The notes under the pieces are model-generated. The model saw only the letters and a list, made by a program, of their open reading frames with translations. It did no database searches and was not told the origin of the DNA. Positions 62,104-64,000 of a stretch of DNA of 64,000 nt are shown here, piece after piece. Origin of the DNA: Lama glama (Eukaryota); assembly GCA_028534125.1 (NCBI GenBank), contig CM052817.1, positions 67,768,001 through 67,832,000 on the forward strand, given 5' to 3'. The position numbers and the translations under genes are program-made. Within the stretch, counting starts at the first letter, position 1, and every line of letters starts with the position of its first letter.

Positions 62104-64000
62104 GTCAGAGCGCTTCTCTTATGCCGCGGAACTCCCCCTTTCCTCTCCCCTTCGCTTTCTCTCGGGCTTGCGGGGACTGGGGAGCAAAGCCTGCAGTGTC
62201 ACCCACAAATACCAAGAGGGAAGAGGGAAGCTTCACAAATTACTGGAGCCTCTTCAACATGGCTGACAAATATAGTTTTAATTTCTCCCCCCCCCCAACT
62301 TTAAACCTGTAGTTCTGTGTTCGCTTCTCTCTCCCGCTAATGCTCGTGTCTTCCTCACCCAGAAAACTTACCTTTGTGAGTCCGGCCGACCGCTTTCCCG
62401 GCCTTTTATCCCCAGGAAAGTGATTTTTCTCTGCTTTCCTTTCTAAAATAGTTCAGCTTTGGGGGGCAAGACTTTTCCCTTGAATCTTCCCCACCCCCTC
62501 TTCCTTCGTGGAAGGCGAACGAGCCTCTGGTCTGTCCTCACCCACCCCGGAAAGAACACTGACGGAGTGGTTGGTTTTCGACCCTTTTCTCCGCTGGGGG
62601 TCTGGGTTTGGGTGTGCGTTTGCGTCCGCCCCTTTCTGCCCCGTGCCCCCTTTCCCGGGGGTGCGCTCCGCGAGTGTCACGCCGAGTGGAACTGGAGTCC
62701 ACTCACTGGGGTTTTGTTTTTCCTGAAGTCCGCGCGTTTTGTTAGTGGTGCTGAGCGAGAGAGGAAAGAATAGTTTCTCTGGTTCCCCCAACAAGACCCG
62801 AACCCACTTTTCTCCAGGTACATCAGCTCTGCCATGGGCTGGCTGTACCTTCCAGCCTGGGGAATGCGTGTAGGAGAATTTGTGGGCAAGTCTGTGTCCT
62901 GGCTTTGTGCGTCTCCCGAATCAGCTTCGTCGGGTTCCCCGGTAAGTGACAGGCAGACACAAAGGCAGGCGCAGGCCGGGGGAGGGGGCGGGCGGGAGGA
63001 GGGGGAGCGTGGAGAGTTGGAAGACTGCAAGGTCAGGGGCGCCCAGAGAAATGAAACCCAATCCCAGCGAAGAAACGGAGAAGTAGAGAGCAGATTTCTA
63101 ACAGTCCCTTCCCAATTTCTCTTCTCTCTTGGCTCTTCTCTTTTCTTGGGTCTTTCATCTCTCTGCCGTTCTGTGTGTCCCTTTTCTCCTGGTCTTCCGC
63201 CGCGTTCTTCACACACACACTGGAGTCTTGCTGAATGTTTTTCATTGAGACTGCTTGTCTAGTGATAATTAAGCTAACAGTTTCTATGGAGAGTTTTCTA
63301 CCTATGACAAAATAAAGTATGGGCTGGGTAGACTTCTGGGAAGGTCGAATGTGAAATATGAGTGAAATTTACTGGGGGTTGCCCTCATGAAAGACTTTTA
63401 ATTGCATTGAGTGAGTTCCCCCGGCCCCCCACCCCCTTCGTGGATGTTTAGGAATTGAAGGGTCATTTTCCAGTTGCTTGCTTAAATTTATTGAGATATT
63501 TTTATACTTGTCACATCCTAAATTTAAAATCTCAACTCACATTGTGCTTTTCTCTCTCCAATCAGGGATAATAATGGCAAATCCAGATCCAAAAATATTC
63601 GCCAATAAATGGTCCAACATAAGAGTAAGATAGTATCTTAGGGGTAGTTGTAATGTACATAGAAAAGATACTGGGTTTGGTTTGGTTTAAGACTGGGGGT
63701 ATTGTTGCCTGGCTAATGAAATCATTATATTTGCATTTTAATGAAAAGTTGAAGTACTGGAGGGGAATTATAGCCTTTTCCCTGTTTACATGTGTCTTTC
63801 ATAATGGGTTTAAAGTAGAATATAAATTTCAACACAATACATACTGATTTTTTAAATATTATTAAGCAGAGAAGTATTAGTGGAGGATTGGAAAGTCAAA
63901 CTTAAGTTTTGAAGGCATGTGTGTGACTAAGAGATGGGCAGAGGGGAAAGCACAATAATGGACATTACTCCATAAATCAGAATTCCAAAACTGCTTGTTC
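62104..64000 (+). other. TET2: TET2 intron 1 (5' part)
   Basis: Follows the exon 1 donor; no MEQDRTNHVEGNRL start of the TET2 CDS in the window. Confidence 0.85.

Larger units (their letters stand above)
60950..63030. promoter_or_regulatory. TET2: CpG island / TET2 promoter region
   Basis: Abrupt rise in GC and CpG; GC boxes (ggggcgggg ~61049, ggggcgg 61710 and 61732); GGA/GGC repeats upstream of exon 1. Confidence 0.93.

Noticed and set aside
1..64000. CRISPR arrays, operons or other prokaryotic systems
   Set aside because: The sequence is mammalian throughout, with no repeat-spacer array or gene-dense segment

Overview
Mammalian genomic DNA, most likely camelid: eight copies of a tRNA-Ala-derived SINE match what I recall as the camelid Vic-1 family, and I saw no Alu, B1/B2, Bov-tA or PRE-1. 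The first ~60 kb is intergenic and repeat-rich, with no supportable protein-coding exon. It holds many 5'-truncated L1 3' ends with TSDs, one L1 5' end, a decayed ~6 kb ERVL provirus (gag, RT YIDD, RNase H and dUTPase-like remnants) with five nested insertions, several solo ERV1-type LTRs with 4-bp TSDs, MaLR/L2/MIR/MER fossils and microsatellites. The last ~3 kb is the CpG-island promoter of TET2 on the + strand. Two non-coding first exons (~61033-61210 and ~61810-62103) match my recollection of the human TET2 5' UTRs, and the TET2 CDS lies beyond the window. Repeat family names and the TET2 call come from recognition, not from database searches. I found no convincing wholly new biological system. 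The best leads are a chain of overlapping uORFs in TET2 exon 1, a cryptic Kozak-ATG exon in intron 1, an L1-mobilised poly(A)-tailed LTR fragment, an unexplained 36-bp duplication, an inverted LTR pair and several candidate TET2 enhancer/insulator elements.
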